DNA of 62,820 nt, counting the filler. It is 3 parts of 3 records of this genome, joined end to end, with 100 filler letters (N's around TTAATTAATTAA, not from the genome) between each part and the next. Parts side by side here need not be neighbours in the genome. Positions count along the whole stretch, not along the records: positions 28,187 to 53,344 come from DRR378314_193; positions 53,445 to 62,820 come from DRR378314_210; 1 more part is not named here. The stretch is one strand, 5' to 3'. Position 1 is the first letter of the stretch. Every line of letters starts with the position of its first letter. This document shows, in pieces, positions 48,600 to 60,200 of this stretch. Under the pieces are notes generated by a model. It worked only from the letters and a program-made list of their open reading frames with translations. It did no database searches and had not been told where the DNA came from. The translations under genes and the position numbers were made by a program.

Positions 48600-49802
48600 T
48601 TGGGTGTATTTGTTTTGGCTGATTTCTCACATTCTGCTTTCCAAGTGATATCTTCCGCACTCATATTTGTTGGAGGTATAGCCTTGGCGCTGTACATCAG
48701 GAGGTACTTTAAAGTTTCGGCTCTGAGAGCGACTCTGCTTTACCTTTGGCATTCTTTATTTTGTTTGGTTTATCTTTATTACGTTATAAATAATGGTGGC
48801 GACGCTATTATGTATTATAATAGCGGTGCGTCGCCCGAGGTTTATTTTTATCTGGGAACTGGCGCTGTTCGTTATTTTTCTTACATTGCTGTGCAGTTTT
48901 TGGGACTTTCGTTCCTTGGTTGTTCTTTGCTTTTCCATATTATTGGGTTTATTGGGTTGCTAGCTTTTGACGCCGCGTTAAGAGAGGTTACATGGTATAA
49001 AGCGCGATCTGTCCGCCTCTTTGCAACTCTTATCGTGTTGCTCCCTTCAGTCAGCTTTTGGTCTTCTGGTCTTGGCAAGGACTCAGTTGCTTTCCTGTCT
49101 ACCGGTTTGACGCTCTGGGCTGCTCTCGACATGCGCCGCCGCTGGTTTCTTTTTGCTGTTTCGGTCTTCGCGATGCTTTTTGTTCGTCCACACATGGCGG
49201 GGATGCTTGTTCTTAGTTTAGCAGCCTCTTATGTCTTTCAACGGGGAATACCTCTTCCTCGTCGTCTTTTGCTTGGAACGTTGGCGTTAGCTGCATCTGC
49301 CTTATTGGTACCTTTGGGCTTAGAATATGCGGGCGTCGGTGAGCAGACCGATGCGGCCGAGCTTTTAGAGTATGTGGAAGGTCGCCAAGCCCAAAATCTG
49401 TCAGGTGGATCGAGTGTCGATATTGCCAGTATGAATACATTCATGAGGCTTTTTACATATATGTTTCGTCCACTGTTTTTCGACGCAAGCGGTATATCCG
49501 GAGCCGCTGCTTCTCTTGATAATGCTGTTTTGCTTTTCTTGTTTGTTGCTGGAGGTTGGGCAGCTCTTCGAAGACGATTGCCCGCGTCGTTTGACGACCA
49601 TAACCGGAATTTTCTATGGATATATAGCTTTGTAGCCTGGCTGGTGTTGGCGTCAGTAACAGCGAATCTGGGCATCGCATTGCGACAAAAATGGATGTTT
49701 GTTCCCGTCCTTATTTTCCTTCTCATTTCTGTTGTCGGTCGCTCTTCCCCAAGTAACCGTGATGCCCGAAAATCGTTTGGATGTAGGTATGGAGAGAGCT
49801 AG
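48600..49802 (+). CDS. Polytopic membrane protein, Wzy-like polysaccharide polymerase
   Basis: About 10 hydrophobic segments; GDAIMYY, LPSVSFWSSGLGKD, NLGIALRQK; operon context. Confidence 0.65.
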   Translation: MGVFVLADFSHSAFQVISSALIFVGGIALALYIRRYFKVSALRATLLYLWHSLFCLVYLYYVINNGGDAIMYYNSGASPEVYFYLGTGAVRYFSYIAVQFLGLSFLGCSLLFHIIGFIGLLAFDAALREVTWYKARSVRLFATLIVLLPSVSFWSSGLGKDSVAFLSTGLTLWAALDMRRRWFLFAVSVFAMLFVRPHMAGMLVLSLAASYVFQRGIPLPRRLLLGTLALAASALLVPLGLEYAGVGEQTDAAELLEYVEGRQAQNLSGGSSVDIASMNTFMRLFTYMFRPLFFDASGISGAAASLDNAVLLFLFVAGGWAALRRRLPASFDDHNRNFLWIYSFVAWLVLASVTANLGIALRQKWMFVPVLIFLLISVVGRSSPSNRDARKSFGCRYGES

Positions 49803-50919
49803 ATTTTTGTTGGTGGCTAGCTTCCCGGACTCATTAGTTAAGTTCCGCGGGCCTCTTATAGATGCGCTGCTGGAGGCAGGAAGAGAAGTTCATGTTGCGG
49901 TGCCGGGGTTTCCTCTTCAAAGGGATATTGCACGTGCACTCGCTCATAAAGGTGTACGGGTTCACGAGATCCCCCTTCAACGCACGGGGTTGAATCCGAT
50001 AAAAGATTTCGGGTTGCTGTTATCATTGTTCGCCTTGATGTTGCGTCTTCGCCCTCGATATGTTCTCAGCTATACCATCAAACCTGTCGTATACGGCTCG
50101 ATAGCGGCTTGGCTTGTTGGAGTGAAGCATCGTTTTGCCCTGGTTACCGGGCTTGGCTATGCCTTTACCGGTACCGCCTCTGGCAAGCGCGCTTTACTAC
50201 GGCGTTTGATTCAGCGCCTTTACCGTTTCGCATTAAAGCGTACGCATCGTGTGTTCTTTCAAAACCCGGATGACGAGGCGCTCTTCAGGGAGTTCCAGCT
50301 GTTGCCTGAGACCGTTCCTTCCTCCGTTGTGAATGGTTCCGGTGTGGATGTGGCTGAGTATTCCGTCGCTCCGTTGCCGGATAAGCCCTGCTTTCTCCTC
50401 ATTGCTCGGTTATTGGGTGATAAGGGCGTCCGAGAGTATGCGCAAGCAGCGCAGTTGGTGAAGGCGGTGTATCCGAAGGCCGTCTTTCGATTGGTCGGCT
50501 GGATCGATGACAACCCCGATGCCATAACCCAGCGGGAATTGGATCAATGGGTGGACTCCGGCCTTCTGGAGTTCCTGGGCAGGTTGGACGATGTGCGTCC
50601 GGCGATTTCCGACTGTTCCGTGTATGTGCTGCCTTCATACCGTGAGGGGACGCCCCGTACGGTGCTCGAAGCCATGGCGATGGGCCGGGCTGTGATCACA
50701 ACGGATGCACCTGGATGCCGCGAGACGGTCGTGGACGGTGACAATGGCTTCCTGGTGCCGGTTAAGGATGTTAACGCTCTGGCGGACGCTATGATCAAGG
50801 TGGTCGCCACTCCAGGTTTAGCCGCGAGCATGGGTGAGAGATCCAGGCGGATCGCGGAGGAGAAGTACGACGTCCATAAGGTTAACGCCGCTATGCTAGA
50901 AGGAATGGGTATTCAATGA
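49789..50919 (+). CDS. Glycosyltransferase family 4 (PglA/WbpU-like)
   Basis: SYTIKP, TGLG, FQNPDD, GSGVD, ARLLGDKGVREY, LPSYREGTPRTVLEAMA. Confidence 0.9.
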   Translation: MERARFLLVASFPDSLVKFRGPLIDALLEAGREVHVAVPGFPLQRDIARALAHKGVRVHEIPLQRTGLNPIKDFGLLLSLFALMLRLRPRYVLSYTIKPVVYGSIAAWLVGVKHRFALVTGLGYAFTGTASGKRALLRRLIQRLYRFALKRTHRVFFQNPDDEALFREFQLLPETVPSSVVNGSGVDVAEYSVAPLPDKPCFLLIARLLGDKGVREYAQAAQLVKAVYPKAVFRLVGWIDDNPDAITQRELDQWVDSGLLEFLGRLDDVRPAISDCSVYVLPSYREGTPRTVLEAMAMGRAVITTDAPGCRETVVDGDNGFLVPVKDVNALADAMIKVVATPGLAASMGERSRRIAEEKYDVHKVNAAMLEGMGIQ

Positions 50920-51515
50920 AGCGTGCGATGGATTTGGTTGGCGCGCTGGCGGCACTTGTGCTGCTTTCACCGATTGTGGTCGTGCTTTGCATCCTGGTGC
51001 GTAGCAAACTGGGCTCCCCGGTTTTTTTTCGCCAGGTACGGCCCGGTATCGAGGGGCGGCCATTCAAGATGGTGAAGTTCCGGACCATGACAGACGAGCG
51101 AGGCCCTGATGGCGCTCTGCTGTCTGATGATCAACGGCTCACCGCGTTGGGCGCCTGGCTGCGCTCAACCAGCCTTGATGAGCTCCCGGAACTCTTTAAC
51201 GTGCTGAAAGGCGATATGAGTCTGGTCGGGCCCCGTCCGCTACTGATGGATTATTTATCGCTGTATAACCAGCGCCAGGCGCGCCGCCATGAGGTCCGGC
51301 CGGGCATTACGGGCTGGGCACAGATCAATGGCCGTAACGCCTTATCCTGGGAAGAGAAGTTCGAGCTGGATGTCTGGTATGTCGATAACCGGTCCCTGTG
51401 GTTGGACATAAAGATTCTGTTCAAGACGGTCCTGCAGGTCCTTAAGCGCGACGGCATTTCCCACGGCGAGGACGCCACCATGCCGAGATTCAAGGGGTCG
51501 AACCGTGACGATTAA
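50916..51515 (+). CDS. Initiating phosphoglycosyl transferase (PglC-like)
   Basis: [45 protein letters not shown]. Confidence 0.93.
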   Translation: MKRAMDLVGALAALVLLSPIVVVLCILVRSKLGSPVFFRQVRPGIEGRPFKMVKFRTMTDERGPDGALLSDDQRLTALGAWLRSTSLDELPELFNVLKGDMSLVGPRPLLMDYLSLYNQRQARRHEVRPGITGWAQINGRNALSWEEKFELDVWYVDNRSLWLDIKILFKTVLQVLKRDGISHGEDATMPRFKGSNRDD

Positions 51516-52122
51516 ATCCTTGGCGATATTGGGTGCCGGCGGGCACGGCAAAGTGATTGCTGACGCCGCGCTTCTTGGCGGTTGCCGGGACCTGGTGTTC
51601 TTCGACGATGCCTGGCCGGACAAGCAAGACAACGGCAACTGGCCGGTGGTTGGTGATTGGGCGGCGCTGCTTGAGCGTCATCATGACTACGAGGGCGTCA
51701 TCGTTGCTATCGGCGCGAATGACGTCCGTATGGCGAAACAAACCGCCTTGCGCGAGGCGGGCGTATCCGTGGCCACGGTGATGCACCCCCTGGCTGCGGT
51801 CAGCCCGTTCGCGGCCCTTGGTGCCGGCTCCGTGGCGTTTGCCGGTGCGGTGGTGAACCCGGACGCTCGTGCCGGTGACGGTGTGATTATCAATAGTGGT
51901 GCGGTTGTCGAACACGATTGCCGGCTGGGCGACTGGGTGCACATCAGCCCCAGGGCCTGTCTGGGCGGTAACGTGACCGTGGAAGAGGGCGCCTGGGTGG
52001 GTATCGGCGCCGTGGTTAAACAGGGCGTCACGGTGGGCCGTGGCGCCATCGTCGGCGCCGGCGCGGCGGTTGTGTCCGATGTGCCCGCCGGGGCTACAGT
52101 TATGGGCGTTCCCGCCCGATAA
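51505..52122 (+). CDS. PglD-like UDP-amino-sugar N-acetyltransferase
   Basis: GAGGHGKVIAD, FFDD, AIGAN..R, VEHDC, GVPAR. Confidence 0.88.
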   Translation: MTIKSLAILGAGGHGKVIADAALLGGCRDLVFFDDAWPDKQDNGNWPVVGDWAALLERHHDYEGVIVAIGANDVRMAKQTALREAGVSVATVMHPLAAVSPFAALGAGSVAFAGAVVNPDARAGDGVIINSGAVVEHDCRLGDWVHISPRACLGGNVTVEEGAWVGIGAVVKQGVTVGRGAIVGAGAAVVSDVPAGATVMGVPAR

Positions 52123-52216
52123 CAAAATCGCACTCTACAGTTGTACAGGCCATCGCTTATGGTGATGGGTATCTTGGCGTCGTGATGGGGATCACACGCA
52201 TTGAAGGAGCGCTGCA

Positions 52217-53344
52217 ATGTTGAATGGACCTTTCCCTCCCTGGCCGTCCTACACCCCTGAAGAGGCTGATGCCGTTCAGCGGGTGTTGTTGTCGAACAAG
52301 GTGAACTACTGGACCGGCGATGTATGCCGGGCGTTTGAGCGTGAGTTCGCCGCTTTCGCCGGCACCGAGTACGCGGTGGCGGTGGCCAACGGCACCGTGG
52401 CCCTGGATCTCGCGTTGCGGGCCTTGGGGATCGGCACCGGGGATGATGTGGTGGTGACTTCCCGCACTTTCCTGGCTTCCGCCTCGGCCATCGTCAATGT
52501 GGGCGCGCGCCCGGTGTTCGCGGATGTGGACCGGGACAGCCAGAACATCACCGCCGAGACCGTGGCGGCGGCGCTGACGCCGGCCACCAAGGCGGTGGTG
52601 TGCGTGCATCTGGCCGGCTGGCCCTGCGACATGGACGCCATGGCGGCGCTGGCCGATCAGCATGGCCTCTATCTGATCGAGGACTGCGCCCAGGCCCATG
52701 GTGCCACCTGGCGTGGCCGCCCGGTGGGCGGTTTCGGCCATGTGGGCTGCTGGTCGTTCTGCCAGGACAAGATCATGACCACCGGCGGGGAAGGGGGTAT
52801 GGTCACCACCAACGACCGGGCGCTGTGGTCGTGGATGTGGAGCTATAAGGACCACGGCAAAAGCTGGGAAGCCGTGTACGAACGCGAGCACCCGCCGGGT
52901 TACCGTTGGCTGCATGAGAGCTTCGGCACCAATGGGCGCCTCACCGAGATCCAGGCGGCCATCGGCCGCATCCAATTGGCGCGTATGCCGGAGTGGACCC
53001 GGATGCGCCGTGAGTACTGCGAGCGCATTTGGGAGACCGCACGCGCGCTGCCGGGTTTGCGAGTGCCCACCGTGCCGGACGCCGTGGGTCATGCCGGCTA
53101 TAAGTGCTACCTGTTCGTGGAACCCTCGGAGCTGGCCGCTGGCTGGGATCGGGACCGTATTCTCGCCGCCGTGTTGGAGCATGACGTGCCGTGCTTCTCC
53201 GGCTCCTGCTCGGAGGTGTATCTGGAGAAGTGCTTCCAGGACGCGGGCCTGGTGCCGGAGGCGCCGCTGACCAATGCCCGCGAATTGAGCGACACCAGCC
53301 TGATGTTCCTGGTCCATCCCACCCTGGAAGACAGCCACATCGCC
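52217..53344 (+). CDS. DegT-family aminotransferase (PglE-like), 3' end cut by the contig break
   Basis: NKVNYWTG, ANGTVALD, EDCAQAHGA, SFCQDKIMTTGGEGG. Confidence 0.9.
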
Positions 53345-53444
53345 NNNNNNNNNNNNNNNNNNNNNNNNNNNNNNNNNNNNNNNNNNNNTTAATTAATTAA
53401 NNNNNNNNNNNNNNNNNNNNNNNNNNNNNNNNNNNNNNNNNNNN
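53345..53444. other. Artificial contig spacer (44 N + TTAATTAATTAA + 44 N)
   Basis: Identical layout to 28087-28186. Confidence 0.98.
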
Positions 53445-53445
53445 C

Positions 53446-53766
53446 TATATCACCAATGTGCTGCCCTGGCGGCCGCCGCAGAACCGCGACCCGCTGCCAG
53501 CGGAAATCGCCATGCTGGTGCCCTTCGTCGAGCGTCACGTGGCGCTGGCGCAGCCGGATGTGCTTGTTTTGATGGGCAATATCTCCTGTCAGGCAGTGCT
53601 GGGCAAACGTGGCATCACCCGTCTGCGCGGCACTTGGGCTGAGGCCTGGGGCAAGCCGGTGTTGCCGATGTTCCACCCCGCCTACCTGCTGCGGCAAGCA
53701 CCTGCAAAGCGGCAGGCTTGGGCGGATCTGCTGGAGTTGCGCGCCCGTCTCAACAGTCTGAACTGA
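53446..53766 (+). CDS. Uracil-DNA glycosylase family 4, C-terminal part (5' end cut by the contig break)
   Basis: YITNVLPWRPPQNRDP, GITRLRG.W, PMFHPAYLLR. Confidence 0.88.
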   Translation, partial: YITNVLPWRPPQNRDPLPAEIAMLVPFVERHVALAQPDVLVLMGNISCQAVLGKRGITRLRGTWAEAWGKPVLPMFHPAYLLRQAPAKRQAWADLLELRARLNSLN

Positions 53767-53802
53767 TCCTCGCGGCCCTATCCCTAGAAAAGGACCCACG
53801 CC

Positions 53803-54402
53803 ATGAAAATCCTCGCGTTTTCCGACCTGCACCTGGTCGAGGAGCTGGCCGTAGATCTGGTCTCGGCCAGTGTCGAGGCTGATCTGGTGATTGGCGCCGG
53901 GGATTTTTGCAATACGCGGCAGGGGTTGCCACGTGCGATGGAGATGTTGGCTGGTATCGCCGCACCGATGGTTGTGGTGCCCGGCAATGCCGAAAGCGCT
54001 GAGGAGCTGCGCGGCTGTGCGCTGGCCTCGATGACCGTTCTTCACGGGCAGGGCACGCAGGTGGAGGGGCTGCGGATCTTTGGCCTTGGTGGCGGTATTC
54101 CGGAAACACCCTTTGGCGACTGGTCCTTTGATCTGTCGGACCGGGCGGCGGCGCGCGAACTGGCGCAGGCGGGCGAGATCGACCTGTTGGTGACCCACTC
54201 GCCGCCCAAAGGGGCGGGCGATACCACCTCTGCGGGGTTGTCGATCGGGTCCGACAGCATTCGCGTCGCCATCGAGACTCTGCAGCCCAAGCTGGCCGTC
54301 TATGGCCATGTGCACGACTGCTGGGGGTATCGCGGCCAGATCGGTGCCACGCAATGTGCCAACCTCGGCCCGACGCCGAACTGGTTTGAGGTTGCGCCAT
54401 GA
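53803..54402 (+). CDS. Metallophosphoesterase (calcineurin-like)
   Basis: FSDLH, GAGD, PGNAE, THSPP, GHVHD. Confidence 0.88.
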   Translation: MKILAFSDLHLVEELAVDLVSASVEADLVIGAGDFCNTRQGLPRAMEMLAGIAAPMVVVPGNAESAEELRGCALASMTVLHGQGTQVEGLRIFGLGGGIPETPFGDWSFDLSDRAAARELAQAGEIDLLVTHSPPKGAGDTTSAGLSIGSDSIRVAIETLQPKLAVYGHVHDCWGYRGQIGATQCANLGPTPNWFEVAP

Positions 54403-55022
54403 TCGCGCTGTCGACGCTGGTGGCCTTCGTCCCGGCTGCCTTCGCGCTCAATATTACCCCCGGCGCGGACATGATGTTCTGCCTGGGTCAGGGGTTGAAA
54501 TCTGGCCCGCGCCCGGCCGTGGCCGCCAGTCTTGGCGTGGCGGCGGGCGGCATGGTGCATGTGGCGCTGGCGGGTCTTGGGGTGGCCGCCGTGGTCGCGA
54601 CGCAACCGGCATTGTTCGACATCATCCGCTGGGTCGGTGTGGCCTATCTTCTTTATCTGGCGTGGGGTGCGATCATGCATCCGGGTGGAGCCGAGACCCC
54701 GGGGCAGGCGGTGCCCGCCAGACGTGCATTCCGCGCCGGGGTGATGGTCAGCCTCACCAACCCGAAGGTGATCCTGTTCGTGCTGGCCTTCGTGCCGCAA
54801 TTCATCCGCCCCGAGGCCGGATCGGTGCTGGGTCAGTTTCTGATTTTCGGGGCCATCATCGGATTGGGCGGCGTGCTGATCAACGGCGGCGTGGGTGTCT
54901 TTGCCGGCCGCGCCCGCAGCCTGTTTGCTGGCGGTGGCGCTGCCGCGCGCTGGATGAGCCGCATCACCGGCGGCATATTTGCAGGCCTCGCCCTGAGGCT
55001 CGCGTTCTTGGAAAGGGCCTGA
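54399..55022 (+). CDS. LysE/RhtB family translocator
   Basis: NITPGADM, G..YLLYL, LTNPKVILF. Confidence 0.9.
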   Translation: MIALSTLVAFVPAAFALNITPGADMMFCLGQGLKSGPRPAVAASLGVAAGGMVHVALAGLGVAAVVATQPALFDIIRWVGVAYLLYLAWGAIMHPGGAETPGQAVPARRAFRAGVMVSLTNPKVILFVLAFVPQFIRPEAGSVLGQFLIFGAIIGLGGVLINGGVGVFAGRARSLFAGGGAAARWMSRITGGIFAGLALRLAFLERA

Positions 55023-55027
55023 CAGCC

Positions 55028-55570
55028 ATGTCCCGTATCGACGACAGCAAGGACTTCATCCCTGTCCGTATTGCAATTCTCACCGTTTCCGACAGCCGCA
55101 GCCTTGACGAGGATCGCTCCGGTCAGGTGTTGGTGGACCGGCTGCAGGCAGCGGGCCACAGCCTTGCAGATCGCCAGATCCTGCCGGACGAGCGGGACGA
55201 GATCGCAGGCCAGCTGCGCGCTTGGTGTGCAGATCCGCAGATTGATGTGGTGATATCCACCGGCGGCACCGGGCTGACAGGGCGCGATGTGACCGTGGAG
55301 GCGCACCGTGATGTCTATGAGAAGGAAATCGATGCCTTTGGCACCGTGTTCACCATCGTGTCGATGCAGAAAATCGGCACCTCGGCGGTGCAAAGCCGTG
55401 CCACGGGGGGCGTCTCACAGGGCACCTATCTCTTTGCGTTGCCCGGCAGCCCCGGCGCTTGCAAGGATGCCTGGGACGAGATCCTGCTCAAACAGCTCGA
55501 TTTCCGTCACCGTCCCTGTAATTTCGTCGAAATAATGCCCAGGCTTGACGAACATTTGCGACGGAAGTGA
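55028..55570 (+). CDS. moaB: Molybdenum cofactor biosynthesis protein B
   Basis: ILTVSD, DRSG, STGGTGLTGRDVTVEA, QSRA, LPGSPGAC, RPCNFVE. Confidence 0.95.
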   Translation: MSRIDDSKDFIPVRIAILTVSDSRSLDEDRSGQVLVDRLQAAGHSLADRQILPDERDEIAGQLRAWCADPQIDVVISTGGTGLTGRDVTVEAHRDVYEKEIDAFGTVFTIVSMQKIGTSAVQSRATGGVSQGTYLFALPGSPGACKDAWDEILLKQLDFRHRPCNFVEIMPRLDEHLRRK

Positions 55571-55667
55571 TCCGGTGGCACGTATAAAGACGTAGTATAG
55601 ACAAACCGTGCTATGGTCGCATGTGGCTCCGTGACCTCAGGCCAAGGCGAACGGAAGAGGATTTTCT

Positions 55668-57127
55668 ATGCGATTTCTGCGACATAGCGTGATGGGATTG
55701 TTCCTGCTCGGCCTTGCGGCAGCGCTGGCGCTGTTCGCGGTGCAGATGATCACATCCGCCGTGCAGCAGAGCCTGTCCGAGGAACGCCGTGCACCGCCCG
55801 CGCGCGAGCGTGTTTTTGCGGTCAATGTGGTCACTGCGACATTGGGTTCAGAACGTCCAGAGCTGGTGGGTTTTGGCCGTGTCGAAAGCCGCCGCACGCT
55901 GGAGCTGCGGTCGGCCGTGTCCGGTCGGGTGATCGGGCTGGCAGATGGGTTCCAAGACGGCGGCAGAGTGTCCGCAGGCGATATTCTGGTGGAGATCGAC
56001 AAGGCGGATGCCCGCGCTGCGCTGGAGCGGGCCGAGGCGGACCGAATGGACGCACAGGCCGAAAGCCGAGATGCGGGACGGGCCCTGGGCCTTGCGATGG
56101 ACGAACTGGAAACAGCCCAAATGCAGGCGGAGCTGCAGCAGCGCGCCTATCAGCGTCAGGTAGACCTGAAAATCCGCGGGGTCGGGACCGAAGCGCTGGT
56201 GGAGGCGGCGGAGCTGACCGCCACGCAGGCCCGCCAATCCGTGTTGACCCGCCGCCAAGCTGTCAGTCAGGCCGAGGCGCGGGTGGATCAGGCCCAGACG
56301 TCGGTGGCACGCGCACAGATTGCGCTCGACGAGGCGCAGCGCGATTTCGAGGACACTACCGTCACCGCGCCGTTCACCGGAACTCTGCAATCTGTGACGC
56401 TGGTGGAGGGCCGTCTGGTCTCTGCCAACGAGATCCTGGCGCAGCTGGTGGACCCGGACCGGCTGGAGGTCGCCTTTCGCGTCTCCACCACCCAATACGC
56501 GCGGCTGCTGGATGAAGCGGGCGGTCTGATCCCGGCGGAGGTCACGGTAACGCTGGACGCGGCAGGTGCGGGGATCAGTGCAGAAGGCACGCTGGCGCGC
56601 GCCAGCGGGGCGGTCGGGGATGGTCAGTCCGGGCGGTTGATCTATGCCCGCATGGACAAGGCCGCCGGTTTCAAACCCGGCGATTTTGTTACCGTCACCG
56701 TGCGCGAACCGGCCATTCCCGGTCTTGCACGTCTGCCCGCCTCTGCGATGGATTCACGCCGGACGGTGCTGGCGCTTGGCCCGGATGACCGGCTGGAAGA
56801 GCTGCAGGTGGAACTGGTGCGCCGTCAGGGGGATTATATCCTCGTGCGGGGCGAGGGTCTTGCGGGCAGGCAGGTGGTGACCGGGCGCACGCCGCTCCTG
56901 GGCGCGGGCATCAAGGTGCGGCCCCTGACCCAGGGCGCCGACAATGCCGCCATCTCCGAGCCGACCCTGATCGAGTTGACCGAGGAACGCCGCGCCCGCC
57001 TGAAGGCCATGGTGACCGATAATGGCCGCATGCCCGGGAGGTGAAAACCCGCATGCTGGCGCAGCTCGACCAGTCCCGCGTCCCGGCGGCGCTGGTGACA
57101 CGCATCGAACAGAACAAGGGGGGCTGA
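55668..57127 (+). CDS. RND efflux periplasmic adaptor; apparent 1-nt frameshift near 57037 (ORF stops at 57044, natural-looking end at 57127)
   Basis: N-terminal anchor, lipoyl/hairpin MFP pattern (VSGRV, GDILVEID, VTAPFTG); shifted frame continues EVKTRMLAQLDQSRVPAALVTRIEQNKGG*. Confidence 0.82.
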
Positions 57128-57204
57128 GGCCCGCCCTTCGCCCCTTTCCCATCGTCCCGCCCGCTGCGCTGATGCAGCGGCGCCACAGTCACAGGTGAAC
57201 TCTC

Positions 57205-60200
57205 ATGGCGACGTCTCCGATCCAGAAGGCCAGCGGCATCCTGAGCTACTTCACCCGCCACCGCACGGCGGCGAACCTGCTGTTGCTGCTGCTGTTGATC
57301 CTCGGGGCTGCGGCGGTTCCCAACATGCGGGCGCAGTTCTTTCCCGATGTGATCGTCGAATCGGTCGACGTCTCTGTGGTCTGGGAGGGCGCCGGTCCCG
57401 AGGATGTGGACAGCGCCATCGTGCAGGCGCTGGAGCCGGCGTTGCTGGCGGTCGACGGGGTTGAAGACACGCAATCCTCCTCCCGCGAGGGGCGCGCGGT
57501 GATCGACATCGACTTCGAGCCGGGCTGGGACATGGCCCGCGCCACCGATGACGTGCAGAACGCGGTGGATGCGGTCACCACTCTGCCCGAGGACGCCGAG
57601 GACCCGGAGGTCGAACGTGCAATCTGGCGCGACCGGGTCACCGATATCGTCATCACCGGCCCGGTTGGCGCGCAGCAACTGGGATTGCTGGCGGACGAGT
57701 TGATCCTGCGGCTCTTTGAGGTGGGCGTCACCCGCACCACCATTCGTGGCGTTGCCGCGCCGCGCACCATCGTCGAGGTGCCCTCCAGCCAGCTCATTGC
57801 CCATGACATCACCATGGCCGAGATCGCATCAGTGATCGCCGCCGAGGTGGAGATCAATCCGGCGGGCGAGGTTGAGGGCGCCAATGCCCGCGTGCGCACC
57901 GGCACCCAGAAACGCACGCCCGAGGAACTGGAGGCGGTGGTGCTGCGGTCCGAGGCGGACGGCTCGGCGCTGACCATTGGCGATGTGGCCTCGATCCGGG
58001 TTGAAGGCGTGGACCGTCAGCGCAGCTATTTTGTCGGCGAAAACCGCGCCATGTCGATCCGCGTGGACCGCTCCGACAAGGGCGACGCGATCAACATCCA
58101 GCGCCAGGTCGAGGACGTGGTGGCCGACATGAACCTGTCGCTACCGCAAGGGGTCGAGGTGTCCCTGATCCGCACCCGCGCCGAGGCAATCACCGGGCGG
58201 CTCGACATCCTTGTCGACAACGGGCTGATGGGGCTCGGGCTGGTGCTGATCCTGCTGTTCCTGTTTCTGAATGCGCGCATCGCCTTCTGGGTGGCGGCGG
58301 GTATTCCGGCGGCGATGTTTGCCGCCATTGCGCTGATGTATCTCGGCGGGCTGACGATCAACATGATCTCGCTCTTCGGTCTCATCATCACGCTGGGGAT
58401 CGTGGTGGATGACGCCATCGTGGTGGGCGAACACGCCGATTTCCGCGCCCGCCGATTGGGCGAGTCGCCGATGGTCGCTGCGGAAAATGCCGCCCGGCGC
58501 ATGGCGATGCCGGTGTTTGCCGCCACGCTGACCACCGTCATCGCGTTTTTCGGGCTGGTGTCGATCGGGGGGCGCTTTGGCGAGCTGATCGCCGACATTC
58601 CGTTCACCGTGATCGCGGTGCTGGCCGCGAGCCTGATGGAATGTTTCCTGATCCTGCCCCACCACATGGCCCACGCGCTGGCCCACACGCAAGAGCAGCA
58701 TTGGTACGACGCGCCGAACCGCGTGGTGAACCGGGGCTTTCGCTGGTGCCGCGACAGGCTGTTTCGCCCGCTGATGGTGGGGGTGGTGCGTGCCCGCTAC
58801 GTGGTGGTTGCCGGGGCATTTGTGCTGCTGGCCAGCCAGATGGCGCTGTTCATCAAAGGCGATGTCACCTGGCGGTTCTTCAACGCGCCGGAACGCGCCT
58901 CTGTTTCGGGTAACTTCGCCATGGTCGAAGGCGCCACCCGCGCCGACACGCTGGCGCAAATGCGCGAGTTCCAGCGCGCGGTGGAGGAGCTGGGCGCCGA
59001 GTACGAGGAACGCCATGGCCGCAACCCGGTGGATTTTGTCATGGCGGAGGTCGGTGGCAACACCGGTCGCGGTCTTGCAGGCACCGACACCAAGGACCGT
59101 GACCTGTTGGGCGGCATTGCGATCGAACTGATCGACGCCGATCTGCGGCCCTATTCCAGCTTTGCGTTTGTGGGCGAGCTGCAGGAACGGGTGGTGCAAC
59201 TGCCCCTGACCGAGGTGGTCTCCTTCCGCGGCTGGCGCTCCGGTCCCGGCGGCGATGCGCTCGATGTGCAGTTCTACGGCGCCGATGTCCCCACGCTGAA
59301 GGCCGCCGCCGAGGATCTCAAGACCGCCATGACCCGCTATCCTGAGGTCTCGGCGGTGGAGGACAACCTCGCCTATGACAAGGAGGAGCTGGTGCTTGAT
59401 CTGACCCCGCAGGGACAGGCGCTGAACTTCACCATCGAAAGCCTCGGTCAGGCATTGCGTCGCCGGCTCAACGGGATCGAGGCCGCCACCTATCCCGACG
59501 GGCCGCGCTCCGCCCAGATCCGGGTGGAGCTGCCGGAGGGAGAGCTGACGGCTGATTTCCTCGGTCGCACGCAGATGCGCGCGCCCTCGGGCATCTACGT
59601 GCCGCTGGCCGATATCGTCACCGTCAGCCAGCGCACCGGGTTTTCGACCGTCAGGCGCGAAAACGGCGTGCGGCTGATCTCGGTGACTGGCGACATCTCC
59701 GAGGACGATCCGGTGCAGGCCGAGGCCATCATGACGGCTCTGGAAACCGAAATCCTGCCGAAGATCGCCGAGGAGCGGCAGGTCGAAACCCGTCTCTCCG
59801 GCCTGAGCGAACAGGAGGACGAGTTCCTCACCGATGCGCGCAACGGTTTCGTGCTTTGCATGGCGGGGATCTACCTGGTGCTGTGCTGGGTTTTCTCCAG
59901 CTGGACCCGGCCCGTGGTGGTGATGGCGATTATTCCCTTTGGCCTGGTCGGCACCATCTGGGGGCATCACCTGTGGGAGCTGCCGATGAGTATGTTCACG
60001 GTGGTCGGGCTGCTGGGCATGACCGGCATCATCATCAACGATTCGATCGTGCTGGTCTCCACCATCGACGAATACGCCACAGAACGCGGGCTGGTGCCCT
60101 CTATCATCGACGGCGCGGCGGACCGGCTGCGTCCCGTGATGCTCACCACCCTGACCACGGTTCTGGGGCTGGCTCCCCTGATGTACGAATCCTCGCAACA

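Noticed and set aside
54302-55027. Apparent 422-aa MoaB fusion
   Set aside because: The N-terminal part is an off-frame overlap of the LysE gene; MoaB starts at ATG 55028
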